Of a DNA stretch of 64,000 nt, positions 37,471-51,487 are shown piece by piece. How positions within the stretch are numbered: position 1 is the stretch's first letter; each line of letters begins with the position of its first letter. Source of the stretch: Hydrolagus affinis (lineage: Eukaryota); the NCBI GenBank assembly GCA_012026655.1, contig JAAILG010000136.1, positions 62,001 to 126,000 of the forward strand, written 5' to 3'. The position numbers and the translations under genes were made by a program. The notes beneath the pieces are model-generated. The model did no database searches. It was not told the DNA's origin and saw nothing but the letters and a program-made list of their open reading frames with translations.

Positions 37471-40400
37471 AAGGTTGATACATTACGTTTGTGATGATAT
37501 AACCATTTCCTGCCTGGACCCAGGTATGAGCCTGATTAGATATGGCTGTTCAGCTAGACGGAAAATGCAGATATATTCTCAGCAACAAAGTAAGTCGTGA
37601 GGAAACTTAGGATGCGATGCCCTTGAATCTAATGGTTTATTAATCAAGCAGATCAATATGAATGTAAACAGTCCCTCTAAGAAAGAAACTATTGCAACTC
37701 TTGATAAGCCTAAACTCCAATTGTCCTGTGAGGCCAAGATCAGTATGGAGGAGTCTCGGGAGATTAGATAGAATAGAAACTATCGCTTCTGTTCGTCCAA
37801 GTGGACATTGATGGTTTATAAACAGTCGTAGTGCTGAAAAGTGAATTATATTTTCAAAGTGTTCCCAGTGGAAGCCTCAAAGCATTGATTACCAAGATTA
37901 AGAGAATGTTTCCAGGATTTATTGGTGTGTGTGTATCTTTGCTTCATCTTTCAAGACAAATTACCGAGAAGAAAACAGAAAAATGGCTGGATGCCAGATC
38001 TATATCTGTGTAACATTACTGTGTACCTTTAAGCTCTCATACAGAGCTCAAAGGGTCAAACTTCTGGAAAGGAAATGTATCTATCGATTGAAAAGGAGCA
38101 GAGCTAGAAATGCCCCTTTGAGGCCTGTTTCATAACATCCAACAGGTATAAAATCACAGACTGAGGAAATTAAATCTTAATGCGCACCGCTGTTCTCCTC
38201 ACGCAAAATACTTCAATTAGACAAGCCACTCAATCAAGCCTCCAGTGGGACAGACCCAGGTTTGCTACCAATTACCACGTTATCGGGTTTGAAGACTGAG
38301 ATCAGATCAACAGAGGATGTTCTATGGAGAAAAAAATCTCCACTCGTAAATCTCCAGCCCCATTTTACATTGCACAAACATCCACCGTATTTAAGTCTCT
38401 TCAAATAAAGAGTGCAGTGAACAGAAGACAGAAGATATACAAAAGGAATCGTTTGTTAAGCCAGATGCCCTTAAGCCTCACTTCCTGGCTAAACTACAGT
38501 ATAGTATATAGTATTCATATTGCACAGAGTCCTTTCACGCTGGAAATGATTCTCTATTCGTACTCTCCAGTAATAAACTCCACTTCATATTAGTGGTACC
38601 GTGTCAATAATTCTTTGCCCCTGGAGTTGAATACACAGTATTCATATGCAAAGGAGGCAGGGCAGTAATGAACAGAGGGAAATCCAGAGTTTTATGTCAA
38701 AATGCATTTAAGTGAAGTTCACATTCATCACATTTGTGTCATTGTTTATTCACTGGGAAAGGCTGCAATAAAAGTTTATTTTAAAATGTCCGGGTGTCTC
38801 TAGTTGAGAGAAACTGAGTGGCAGAGATAAAGACAGCTTTAAATAGAAGCAGATGAAAGATTTTGATTGCACTTTGCTCACAACATTTGCTGGGCCTATA
38901 CAGAAACAGTCCTGATCATCACACAATAACTGACTTTAATGACATGGAAGGAATTAACATTCTGGTATGAAGGTTACCTCCGTATACTATTTTTGTGGCT
39001 TTGTTCTTGATTGATCTCCCTGTGTTTCTCTGATGGAATTTCTGCTGGGACAATCCATGCCTGGGTGAATCTGTTTAGCATATTGCTCTTTTCCGTACTG
39101 TTCAAACACAAAATTGTGCAAGTTAAGCATAGAATTCAAACATACTTGTGCAGCAGATGCCACCATCCGTTTTGTGTTTTTCAGAAAATAACAAAAGGAC
39201 AAGATTAATGAGGCTTTTTTTAATATATAAGGCAGGTTAACTAGCGAGGAAACAAATACAGTCACTCCACTTTGCAATGTTTCCCGTGAAACGCTTTGGG
39301 ATGTTCTCCTAACGTGAAGTTTGCCAATATACTAAATGTAAGGATTGAAATTCAAGTGGAAATTCAATAAAAAAGAAAATTATGATGCAAAACAGAAACA
39401 GAGTGACTCTGAAGGCTAGTAACTACTGATCCCAAGTGGAGATCAACAGGGTTCAGTTCCTAGTCCTATTTGTCTGGTATGTTTCTGTACGGAAATTTAC
39501 TGCCATATTTAGTTGGACGCATTGTTGGTGAGAAGTAATGTGGGTCCCATTGAATCATAACTGTCTCTGCATTAATATCCAAGGTGTTGTTTTGTAGTTG
39601 ATCAGCCAGCCGGGTTTATTAATATAACCTGGAGATATGGACATGTCCTCAACCTTATGAGCCAAAACCTTAATGATTTGGGCAGTCGGTAGCTGTTGTA
39701 CAGCTATAATTTTTGTTGTACCTTCAATGGGATTTTGATACATTGGACAGACTGGCAGAATCATTCCAAGTCTTAAGTACAGTATCTGATTTTTGAACAG
39801 AAACCCACTAAACTGAATTTGTTTTCACTGGAGAACCAACAAGATGAAGAGGCAGACATGATTCAGATATTTTAAATCGTGACAACGGAATGAAATCAGT
39901 AAGCCTCAAGTGAGACTGGTAATTAAAAGGAATATTTTCTCCTACAGAGTAATAGATATGTAGAATACATTGTCGGCTAAAGTAGTTGTACTGTGCTGAT
40001 TATCTGCTTTAAAAAGAGCTACATAATTGTGTTTACGCAATTGAATGTTAATTATAAGGATCAGGACAGGCATAGATTATTATATACACTTTGCAGCTCG
40101 GTAGTTTGTGTGCTGCAGGGCACATGTCACCTGTGAACTGCTTCTCAGGTTGTGGGTGTTGTTGGAAGGCTGCATTAATATGCTGGAGTTTTGTTTAATT
40201 GTCTTTGTGAATAAGACTCAGGAACAAATTGTATAATTATAGTCTGCAGAATAAGTTGACGAGATTGGTCCGAATGGACTTTTCCCATTACATACCTTCT
40301 TGAACACTGGAGCTCTCAATAAACTACTGTAATAGGATAGATATTATCAAGCAATACAGTACTTCCTTATGAAACAGACAGCCACCAGATTCCTATATAA

Positions 40401-42274
40401 ATCATTGTTTTTCCCTTCGGGTTCCACAGTTTGTCAACACCTAGCTTCCTTTAGCAAGGACAGTGGAATGGTCCTTGTCAGTGCCTACATTAGAAACAAG
40501 CATCGATATTGATCTCCTACAGGCCAATGGCTATTTGTGTATTGTAGCAAATTAACATCCTGAGGTGAAATTTCACATTGACAGGCTCGCTCCATCCTGC
40601 TGCTCGTCCAAGAACAGGCAGAGCAAGAGGAGATTAGCGTCATTGCCAGCCTGCCAGCTCAAAGACTTGAAACTGAAAACCATCTGGGTTGGGGAGCAGG
40701 TGCTCTTGCAAACTTTCATGGCTTGCCTGCCAAATCCTTCTTAAAGTGTCTGTATTTTTTTATTTACATTGTGCTGGAGACCACATGTGCAATTGAATTG
40801 CGTACGCTCTCTCTTAAATCGGTTTAAAGTTATTGTATTTTCCAAAGATTTAGTGTTGACAGCTATAAAATTCAAGGTCATCAAGTCAACACATTGCAGC
40901 CATAATGCAGCTTCTTCTCTCATTTTGTTTCAAATGAGAGTGTTCAGCAGGCATTACACCAGGGCATTGCAGTATTACCAATCTGAATGGGAATGTTTAA
41001 CACCCACTTATATCTCGACCCAAAATTCATTCAAGTTTTTTTAACTTTACAAAGCAGCAACTTACAATGTAATGCAATGCAATGTAATGCTTTTACACAC
41101 ATAAGAGGACGATCTAGAACCCAATGCCTGTATTATGTTAAGTTGTATGTAAATGGATTCAAAAGAAATGTACCATTTGATTGAAAGCCGGACATTCCTA
41201 CAATAAAAATTAAACGCCATGAAAATGAATTATAAGATTCAAATTTCGTTATCATAAGAATTGTGAAACTTTTTGCTAGAAATTCACCTGCAATAATTTC
41301 AACTGCCTTGACAAAGCATCTTGAAGAGACGTGTGTTGTACATTGTTTAGACAGTGTTGACATATCAGTGGTTATAAATTGCTTGGCTGTGTTTCTGGAG
41401 CACATTGTCTATCAAATTCAGACCTGATTTGGGATTCATTTGTCTATAGTTCTTAAAAGAACCGGCAGAAATCAGCTTCAAGTTTCAGAACAAAAGCAAG
41501 CATTTTCCAAAATTTGCAGACTCTGAAATGAAATGCGAACAGTCTAACCTAAAACACAGATGCAAATTATATCTCCAAGTTTACAAACTGATGGAAGGAG
41601 GATGGAGTGGGGGACTCTTGCAGCTTCAATCCTTTACTTTACACTGAAACATATGGACCTCTAATCAGTTACTGTTAAAGCATTGTTTCAAGATGTCTCT
41701 TATGATGGGCCAGAAATGTGGTGGAAAAGGTGGTGAAGCCAAAGACTAGCCCCAACAGCTAACTCTGCTTCACAAGAGTATGAAAGGAGATAGCAAAATT
41801 CCTTCCTGCAAACCACCAGTGATAGATGTACAATTGCTGCAAGAATAGCAGGGATCTGTCCCCACTCTACCCCCTACCATGCTCACCTGATCCAAAAAGT
41901 AAATAGTATTTCACCAAAAATATTTAATTGAAATAAATCTACAGTTTGCCTCTTGCCAGGGAAATTGTAAAATACCAACTAGTTTCACCCCGTAATCTGC
42001 CTCTATATATCTATACTTTTTTGTATCTAGGCATCCTAAGTTATATTCGAGTGCATGGCATATTCACCTATGAAATACATGTTCACAACACACTACAGTA
42101 AAATCATGTAAAGTACATTGAGATGTTTTAACAACATTATATGGCACTATATCAAAATCAAGGATTATTATTATGCTATTGCAATTTAAATTACACTGTG
42201 GAGGTAATTTCTTAATAGTTTTCAGTGATGTCAGCCAGACCAATAATACTCCCACAATATCTGAATGGATGTTA

Positions 42275-42405
42275 CTGTCCTCCCTCATCCCAACCCTGCC
42301 CCCACCCCACTCCATGCTCGGGTCCTGACCCCTTGATTTTTCAGCACCTTGGGACGTCCTCCTAAACAAGACGCTGTACAATTGTAATTTGGTTGTTGTT
42401 GTCAT
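42275..42405 (-). mobile_element. L2 3' tail (element itself oriented on + strand reading toward the (TTG)n end)
   Basis: gggtcctgacccc...gcaccttgggacgtcctcc...gacgctgtacaattgtaatttggttgttgttg, inverse of the 37083 tail; strand call uncertain. Confidence 0.4.
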
Positions 42406-43544
42406 TATCTATGAATGGATAACACTTTTCTTAATATATTGGATATTCCTAAAAAATATTATTATTTTTATATCCAATCATCATCCCACATTGACTGTCC
42501 TGATAGGCACTTGGTAATTGGTAACAGTTTCTTTGCACAGCACTTCTGGAGATGTCTATATGAGACAGAGTAGAGTATAATTGTGATGTCTCTTCTCTAA
42601 CCCTAACCCTAACCCTAACCCCGTCAAAATCTCAGAGCAAACATGATTCAATTCAGGGAGCAGAAACCACTTTGGATTTAGAGATGTCACATTAGGTGTC
42701 TTGATCTCCATCCCATCCATTATTTTCAAAGACTCTAATTTAAAAAGCAAAAGTTTGGCATCGTAAAGGGGCATCTGAAGTGATAGATGGTATGTAGTCA
42801 CACCAGCGAAAGGGAACATTGTGCTCCTTACCTTCTGTGCTACTGGTGCAATTCAAAGCCCCACTGCACCGCCTATCAGCATCAATCAGGCAAAACTACG
42901 CAAAGTCATTCCATAGCTCACTGTGTCGGCTTTTCCATGATCCCTCCGTGGAGAACTCTAGAGCTATTGTGTGTCATTCCTGAGTTCCCGAATACCGTAC
43001 CTCATGTCCTAATTAATTCACTCACCTGCCAAGCATCTGCGCATCTAGCATTGCAGCAGACCTGAACATATACTGCAGTACTCACACAGCTATGCCCTCG
43101 CCAAACTGATAGTGGAAAGAAATTAGATAATGAATACGAGCAAAGACATTAATCTACAAAATACCAATTCCTCAGCTTGTTTTAAATTACTGTCAACACC
43201 CTTCCCCAGGTGACAGAATTTACAATGATGGAACTGTCATTTATATACTTGAGCTAAAACTACTTTGAGGTACAGGTGCGTGAATAGAGTTGAGGTCGAA
43301 GCAATGAGGAGTTTGCTTTCATGATTAAATATTCCAATATTATAAAAATTGCTCTACAGCTACTGGCAAACTCTTGATGTACCAGTCAGTGCCTTGCCTG
43401 ACTTATAACCTCTAGAAATATTGAAATCCAGCTACTCTTTATGGCTTTTCCCCTAAAGTTTTGCCACTTGTATTTGTGGGGGTGGGGGGGTATGGGGGGG
43501 ATCTATTCTGCCGCCTGCGCATTTTTAGTTGTAATGCACAAAAA

Positions 43545-43830
43545 CCACCTTCAGCTCGTCTAAAATGTGTCTGCTTGCACCCTGACCTCACTATGCTTCA
43601 AACGCCCCTTCACCCCCCCATCTTCGCCAGGCTCCACTAGCTTTACGTCTACCAGCAGATAAATTTCACGATCCTCGCTCTCATCTACAAATGCTCCCTA
43701 TGACCTCCATAGCCTCCCGCCCGCTCTTCCACTCCAAACATGGGCCTGCTGAACATTCCTCCCCCTCCTCTGTGAAGCACTGAGAGACGTCATTCTGCGT
43801 GAAGAACGCTGTATAAATGCAAGTTGCTTT
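43545..43830 (+). mobile_element. L2 LINE 3' fragment
   Basis: tgtgaagcactgagagacgtc...cgctgtataaatgcaagttg tail preceded by a C-rich ORF2 remnant. Confidence 0.65.
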
Positions 43831-46644
43831 TTCCTGCTGGAGCCACGTAGAGTTGAAACACACTCTCATTCCTCGCGTTTCTCTGCTTGATTTGCTTCCC
43901 TGGCATTTGTGGACAAAGATGTGCAAACAGTAATTAACAGTTTGAAACCGCAGCAAATAACTAATGTCACAACAGCAACTTCTTGAACTCAGTATATACA
44001 CAACATTGCTGTGGTTTGAGGCATTAAAGGTGTCACTTGCCATCTCACTTTTCAAAGCAATAAATTGTAATGTATTTGGGATTAGCAGATCACTACTACC
44101 TTTCAGCATTTAATAACTGCAATCAAAAATGTCACCAATGTAGGAAAAAAAACTTAAAATATGAATAATAATAATAGTAATGAAGAAGTCAGCCAAGCAA
44201 ATTTAAATATCCTTCTGCTGTAACAAAAATGACAGACAGTTAAACACTTAATGTTTAATTAAAATATAAATGGTAATTTTAACATTAAATCCACCTATTC
44301 ACTCTTGATTGATATTTTCTAAGCACATCACTGCTTTACGTTTCTTCTCTTCATGGCTACCGGCCATTAAACTGTCACCCACTGTTAAATCTGGATTTGC
44401 TTTTCTGCTTTGATTGTGAACCTAGCAGGCCCGATGTATGGCTCTGTTTGGGTGAGTTTTCAAAGTGTTTTAGAATAGGGAATGGTAACAGCCCAAGCAT
44501 TTGGTACAGCATTTTTCACAGAAGGGCTTCTCAAAGCGCTTCGCAGGGTACACTGCAAAGTACAGTGTCTGTGTATTTTGTCGGTGAACAGAGCAGGCAA
44601 TTTATACAATGAAAATTGCATAAACCAATTCTATTTTGGGAAAGGCTATAGAATATTAGGATACATGCCCAGAAATGTGCTATATCATTATGATATAAAT
44701 TATATTATGTACTTTTATATCAGTCTCCAGACATAAGCTAAAGCTCTATCATCCACTGGTCACACTTTATCTACCACAAATAACAACAAAATTACATTTG
44801 TATAGTGCCTTTCACGTCGCGAGGACGTCCCAACATCTAGAATATTGCGTGCAGTTTACTGAAAGACATAAATGCAGACTTGCATTTAGATGTGGGCAAA
44901 AGGATTGATCTCAAATGCAAGCGGATGGACTGTGAAGAAGTACTTTTAGAAAGTAAGCTTTACAGTCTGGGAAGCTGGTTTTACTAGGCCACTGACTTTC
45001 TGGTTAGAGCAGAGCCTTGAGGGGCGGGTGGGGAGTGAGGGAGGTACAGAATGGAGATGAAGTATTTTAGTTGGAAGGAAAGAACTGACGTGAGCCATGC
45101 TTTGCACCTCATATTAGCTTCTGGCTCAGTATACAACTGTGAGCACCCAGTGTACTTACTGTCACCAACACATCTTGTTGCATGGTTTTTTTATGGGGGA
45201 GGTGTGACCTAGAGAAGTGGCATAAGAACTAAAAATACTGTTGGGCCAAATGTAGAATATGCAGAGCAAATACATAAAGTTCTGTACTGGTGGGAGTCTT
45301 CTCTAACCACATTCCCTCTGCATTGTACCTTTGATACTGCGTTGAATTATGATTTGCAAATGTGTTGTTCACCTGGCTCAGTATCTGTGCGAGCCAGATC
45401 CGAGAAGAAGGGAACAATTTTGGCTGCCGAATGTCAGTGCCCAGTGGGAGGAAAGACGGCAACACGTATAAAATATCACAGGTAATTCCAGTTGCTACTT
45501 GCCATTTAGAGGAATTTCATTCAGCTCTACTTAAAATTCATGGGATTCTTAGGTAGGCGATAATTGCAATGGATGTGTCATCAAAATACATATTCATTAC
45601 ACTTCACAGAAAATCTTATGAAACGCGTTCAGACGTCCTCACAACACGAAAAGTGTTATTTATGTCAAATGCTAAGTTCTTATTTATTATTGGTTATCGT
45701 TATTATTATTATTAAACTTCCAGGGATGAAAATTCACAAACCACAACTTCCCAGCATTAATGTTTTGACACTAACAAAATAAATCGCCACCAAGGTCTAT
45801 CTAGACAGTATGTAATAGAATTTCACCATACCCACATACACACCCCTACCCCCACACACACGCACACACATACAGAATGGTCCCAAGATATACAAGGAGA
45901 CTCTTTTATCTTCAAGAGGAGTATGAAAAAAAATTGTTTGTGCATTAACATTATAAAATGTTAATTTCTAACATCAGTTTCAAAATCAAAAATTTTAATT
46001 TTTGCTAATTTCAGCGAAACATTTTAATGCTCGACAAAATTAAGCATCTCAAGATCTGAGCTAAAATCACTCCCAGACTAATAAATGTTTCTCCCACCGT
46101 CTCCTGACTAGCCCCAGAAACAATGAAGGGTTTAAGTTAAATTAATGTGGACAGTTTGTACCTTGCTTCCAATGGGCACAAGGTCATAGGGCAATACTGA
46201 GCAGCATTCTCCACTAATTAGAGAATCTTGCTCAAAGCTAAATGCAAGCAAACCAACCTCACAACAGATTGAGTGTGTTACCCTAGACATATATTGGTAT
46301 AATTGGGTGGATATTCTGGAAGGATGAAACAAAGGGTCTTTTATTTCATCCGGAAAGTACACAGCATTACTCTGCTTTACCGTCTAATCATGTGAAGCAA
46401 TTTGAGCCGTCTCGACAATTGTTTTGTGCAAATGCAACTGTTATTATTATATTATATTTTAAAACGTTGACCTTGTGACCTTCCAAATGCGAATGACACA
46501 CAGTGCCACATTTAAATAAGATGAAGTAAGCGGGAATAGGAGGAAGATGGATAAAGCAGTTTATTATTAGTACTATTATTGCTTCACTGGTGGTGAGGTA
46601 AGGGCTACTACTCGTGGAATATTTACATTATTTTTTTGGGGGGG

Positions 46645-46800
46645 TCATTTCAATCCACGACTGTTTGTGGGACACTGCTGTGCGCAATTGGCTTCCGCGA
46701 TTCGCCCACAAATGTACAGTCAATCCACTTTACGGTATATTCTGTGAAACGCTTTGGGACGTCGCTAAGACGTGAAAAGCGCTATATCAAATGCAAGGAA
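46645..46800 (+). mobile_element. SINE 3' half
   Basis: caatccacgactgtttgtgggacactgctgtgcgcaattggc...aaagcgctatatcaaatgcaagg. Confidence 0.85.
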
Positions 46801-47417
46801 TATTTACATGTGTGTAAGAACAACAATGTGTTTACCAACAAATGTTGATAGATTGCTACTGAATAACCAAGACTTGGGAAAGCAGCGGCAGTAAAATTAG
46901 GCCAACCTCATCAATCAAAGGGGTAGGGAAAACCTGAAAAAAATAATGAAATGGATAAATATGTGGATAGGGATGGGACTAGATAAGTAAAATGATAGAT
47001 AGATCCAATTAAATATTGAGTGGAGAAACAATATTTCACATTTTTCTTTCGCTCTCTTAAGGATTTAAATCTTCAGTCATCCACTGTGGAGAACTGGCCA
47101 ACATTCTGTCATGTGCATTGACCAATCACTTCACGCTGTTGGTGGGACATTGATTTGAGCAGACTGGCATTTGCCCACAAAAGCACTAGTCACAGCACAC
47201 TGTGGTAAATCTGCGAAGCACTTTAAGACGTTTTGCCAGCAATGATAAGGTGCTATACCAAACACAAGGATTATTATTATTATTATGTAATAATATTATT
47301 ATTACATGGAATGATAGTAGCGTGAAAGATGCCATTCAGCCCAATTTGTCTGAGCCTAAACAATGTACAGTACATTTCTCGTATGTACTACAGTTAGGAA
47401 TGTAATACGACTATGTT

Positions 47418-47607
47418 GTCCCAGCTAAAGACCTTTCTCTTCGACCGCGCCTTTGGTCACCTTTTTACCCCTGCCCCTGGCTCGGTCCCGGAATCCGCTA
47501 CTGTGAAGTGCTCTGAGACGCCGTCCAGTGTGGAGAGCGCTATATAAATCAAAGTTGCTGTTGTTGTTGTTGTTGTGGTGGTGGTGGTGGTGGTGGTAGT
47601 GGTGGTG
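47418..47607 (+). mobile_element. L2 LINE 3' end with (TTG)n-(TGG)n tail
   Basis: QLKTFLFDRAFG, L2 tail; near-identical to 58872-59030. Confidence 0.88.
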
Positions 47608-49069
47608 CAATAAGTATTGTAGTTATAAGAACTAGAGTCGAGCTCAGGGCACGGCAGATTTTATATGCAATATCAAGGTGGTAATTGTTTTTGCACAGAT
47701 GGTCAAGGAGTTTTAATTACAATGACAGTGAATGACTAGGTGTTCTTTTTCCAACAAGAAACCCTCTGCTTTCATTAACTTATTATCGCCAGCTGTCCAG
47801 AAATGTAGTGAAAAACATTTTAAATGTATTGCTATAATGTGGCACTTTTAACTCAATCTGTTAATCAAATGGTTTGTTAGCTCAGCCTCTGAAGTGAGTG
47901 AATGCCTGAATAATGTACGGTAATCTTCAGGGGGCGCGTCAGTTGGTAAAGCAGTAACATTATAGTTAGGCAGTTAAATGCTTTAGTAAATTGTAAATAA
48001 GAATATTAATGCTTGTATTTGATATAGCACCTTTCATGTTGGACTTCTCAGGCTTAATTACAAATGGAGGAATCTATGTACGTATTTTGTAAGTAAAGTT
48101 ATTTAGGAAGACCATGGTTATGCAGGCGACTATTTTGCTCAGGCAGCTCAGATGTGACTCAGATAGTGGAGGCCCAGTCCCAATTCCAGTCATAAGCAAA
48201 TGATTTTCCTTATCATGAAATATAGGAATTGTTTATACTGAGCAACGCAGAATGGTCCAGCTATCACTTAAGAGTTCAAACCCACATCTCATCTGCCTGT
48301 TTGGATGGATGTTAACAATCCCACAACACTATTCGATTCTTACATCGTTAATAACTGACTGACACTCAATACCAATCACGATATAGAAAATATTGGCACA
48401 AGAAGATGGATTAGATCCAACGACACCACTTAATTGCCAGACACACAGAGACTTCCTCTCGGGGTTTTAATTACTCTCTAATGATGGTGTCCTGCTCTAA
48501 CACAGAACATTCTCTTCTATCCATCAGCTTGTTGAGATTTATATCTGAATCTATCTCAATAATCATCGTTACATTTGCTCTAGCTCTTTTCATGTTAGGA
48601 GGATGTCTCAAAGTGCTTCACTGGATAAGAATAAGAATAAGAATTATAATAATAATATAACGTAAACAATTATTATTATTATCCTTAAATTTGATATAAT
48701 GCTTTTTACGTCTTCTAGATGTCTCAAAGTGCTTCACAGAATATGCTGCCTACTGGAAAATGGAGTGACTGTGTGTATTGTAGGTAAAGGCACAAAATAC
48801 TAGTATCCCTTGTATTGTATGGAAACCAGAGCATGATATAATACAGTACTGTACTCCAAATTAAGTCTAACCAAACTTTGATACATATTTAATATTACTT
48901 CTCTACTTTGGCACTTAGTTCACAAGGTTAGATGTCTCTGTTAAGGTCAAACTGGAGATCGCAGAGGTACTCTCGTAACTTTTAAATTAAGGTCATATTC
49001 ACACACTGATCCACCTAAGTATAAACACTGTCTCATGTTAGAACTAAAGTATAAGCTATGTGAGGCTTT

Positions 49070-49220
49070 CAATTGTTTGTGGGACACTGCTGTGCGTAAT
49101 TGGTTGCCGTGTTTCGCCCACAAATATACAGTCAATTCACTATACAGTATATTCTGTGAAGCACTTTGAGATGTCCAAAGATGTGAAAAGCGCTATATCA
49201 AATGCAAGGATTATTATTAA
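49070..49220 (+). mobile_element. SINE 3' half
   Basis: Central domain plus ATT tail. Confidence 0.85.
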
Positions 49221-51289
49221 TATTGTTCAGTAAGTTGATTTGAAGATCTGTTAGGAATAGTTAGGTGTCCACATAATGTACGGCCTCCTAAGGGAAGCGT
49301 TGCAATAGTTATCACTTTCAACACAGTTTCCTTTAATTAAAATTTTAAACTCACTTTACCACCTCCAGTTACTGAAATTGGTCTAATTATTAGATGCCAA
49401 AATGCAGCGCTGATCAATTGCGACCATTTGGTAAATGGTGGCCTTTGAATACTCCGGCTTGACTCATTTAAGATAGACCCAGACTACTATTTTAAGTAAC
49501 CAGTTCAGACAGAGTGCTGGGCACAGTTGGGTAAATTAAATGCATTTTGCTAAAATGCAGAAATACAGGCATCCAGACCACGAGCCACACTGGAATCAAA
49601 CTTGACGATGCCCCTTTTTTTTCAGCTGATGGGGTATCCCTTCAGCGCGGCTTCAGTCACTTCCCAGATTTGTTTCCCCCGGTCTGGTTCTTGAATGTTC
49701 CCTGTCTTCTGTCTCACACTCCATTTATGGTGACTTGCAAAGCTTGAAAGCTTTTGCATCTGTGCTTTAGAGCATTAACCAAACAGTATTTTTTCAATGT
49801 AATTTTGTAAGCTCTAGTGTTTCCTGCAAAGGCTTCATTGACTTCAGAGGTAGCTGGAGTTTTCGACCAGCAGTTTGGGAGAAATATCGCCACCAACTTG
49901 GTACTGCTGTAAAGCTGGTAAGTTGTGGTCTTTCCAGACCGGGCAATAATGTGACGAGCCTCGCCAGCTGATCTGAAATGCCTGTTCCTATCGAAGTCAA
50001 TGAAGACTCTCCAGGGTTATGTACAGCTTTTCCCTGCAAAACACATTAGTTCAGCAGCTTAGGATAAAAGCAGATACCAGAAACTTCGATCTGCATAAAA
50101 TGGAAGATAAATCACCAAAAGAAAACTTATTGCCCGGCGTTGTATATTTCTAAGAGAAATGGGGAATGCAATTGCAAGGGACAGTGCTCCTGGTGGCTTT
50201 CCTTATTTAATTGGATTTCATTAGAATGAAATTGCAGGTTATCATTAGAATATGGAGTAACAACCAAATGCTTGACACTGACAGTGTCTTCACATGAGCC
50301 CTTGGCTTTTCACCTGTCAAAGATGCGAAGGGAATGCATTATTTAACTGCGCAGATGTTCTGGATGAGACTTCAGCCGGGAGAATCCAAAATGTCGAACA
50401 TTTGTCTTTATGTTCTTGTCTCCACTCCCCCCAGGAATCGGGTCTAGGAAATCATCTCCCATGAACCATGGGAACGAGAAATCAACACAACCTGATCTCT
50501 CATCAGTACCCATGACGGTAACTCATGACGTTCGAAGCAATTAAGTACCATTTTTAATTTTTTTTAAAAAAAACCTTGTGGATGTCACTCGATCCTACGT
50601 CATAAGAGCTCTTATCTTCATTTCCACTTCCATCAAAATCATTTAAACCAGATTGTAACAACAGCATCCATGGCCTTTACATGCATTTGCCCTTATATTC
50701 TCACATCATCAATGTATATAGATTTACCGTCACACAGTTCGGTAATCCGAGGTGAAACAGGGGTTAAACGGCTCATTTGCAAATGAGTAAGATGAACCTT
50801 GGGGGTAAATCAGTTAGCTGGGGTTCCTCTGGCTAACCTTGCTGTGGACTACATAAAACCCAGGACGCTTGGATTCAGGGAACATACTTAAGACGTACCA
50901 CAAAAAAGAACATTTCATCAATTCAGTACCAGGCAATCCATGACGTCTGAAACCCTACAATAAAATGTGGCCCTGAAGGCAAACTGTTGGAACACTTCCA
51001 ACAGGGATAACAATGACAATGGCAACAGCCTACATCTCTTCCTAAATAGGGAGTTAAGAAGCTTTCGGCAGCAGGGATATAACAAAACTCTCCAGCCACT
51101 CTCACTGATTGAGCCTGTCAGCAAATATAAAAGTCGATGGCAAATTCAGAGGAGAACTGGAGAGGAAGCCACTGTGTGGACTACAATCTTCTGCAGGTTG
51201 GCTTTCTACTGTATTTCATTAAATTATCGCTTCCCCTGCTCGGTACCCTCCAGCACTAAAACATAGCAGGGTTTAAAGTCAGAGTGAGA

Positions 51290-51487
51290 ATGATAATAAT
51301 GATAACAATCCTTGCAGTTGATATCGCGCTTGATCACACCTTTGAGACGTCTCAAAGTGCTTCATAGAATGTACTATAAAGTGAATTGATTGTATATGTT
51401 GTAGACGAAATGCAGCAGCCAATTGCGCAAAGCAGTGTCCCACAAACAGTCATGGATTGAGAGACCAATTTGCTATTATTATTATTA
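51290..51487 (-). mobile_element. SINE 3' half
   Basis: Reverse tail and central domain (gcagccaattgcgcaaagcagtgtcccacaaacag). Confidence 0.85.

Noticed and set aside
42826-43061. Two strong minus-strand donor motifs (GAAG|gtaagg, GCAG|gtgagt) and a possible 36-nt exon
   Set aside because: Poor polypyrimidine tracts, no recognisable peptide and no partner exons
47425-47610. Poly-His/poly-Asn ORF
   Set aside because: Antisense translation of the L2 (TTG)/(TGG) microsatellite tail
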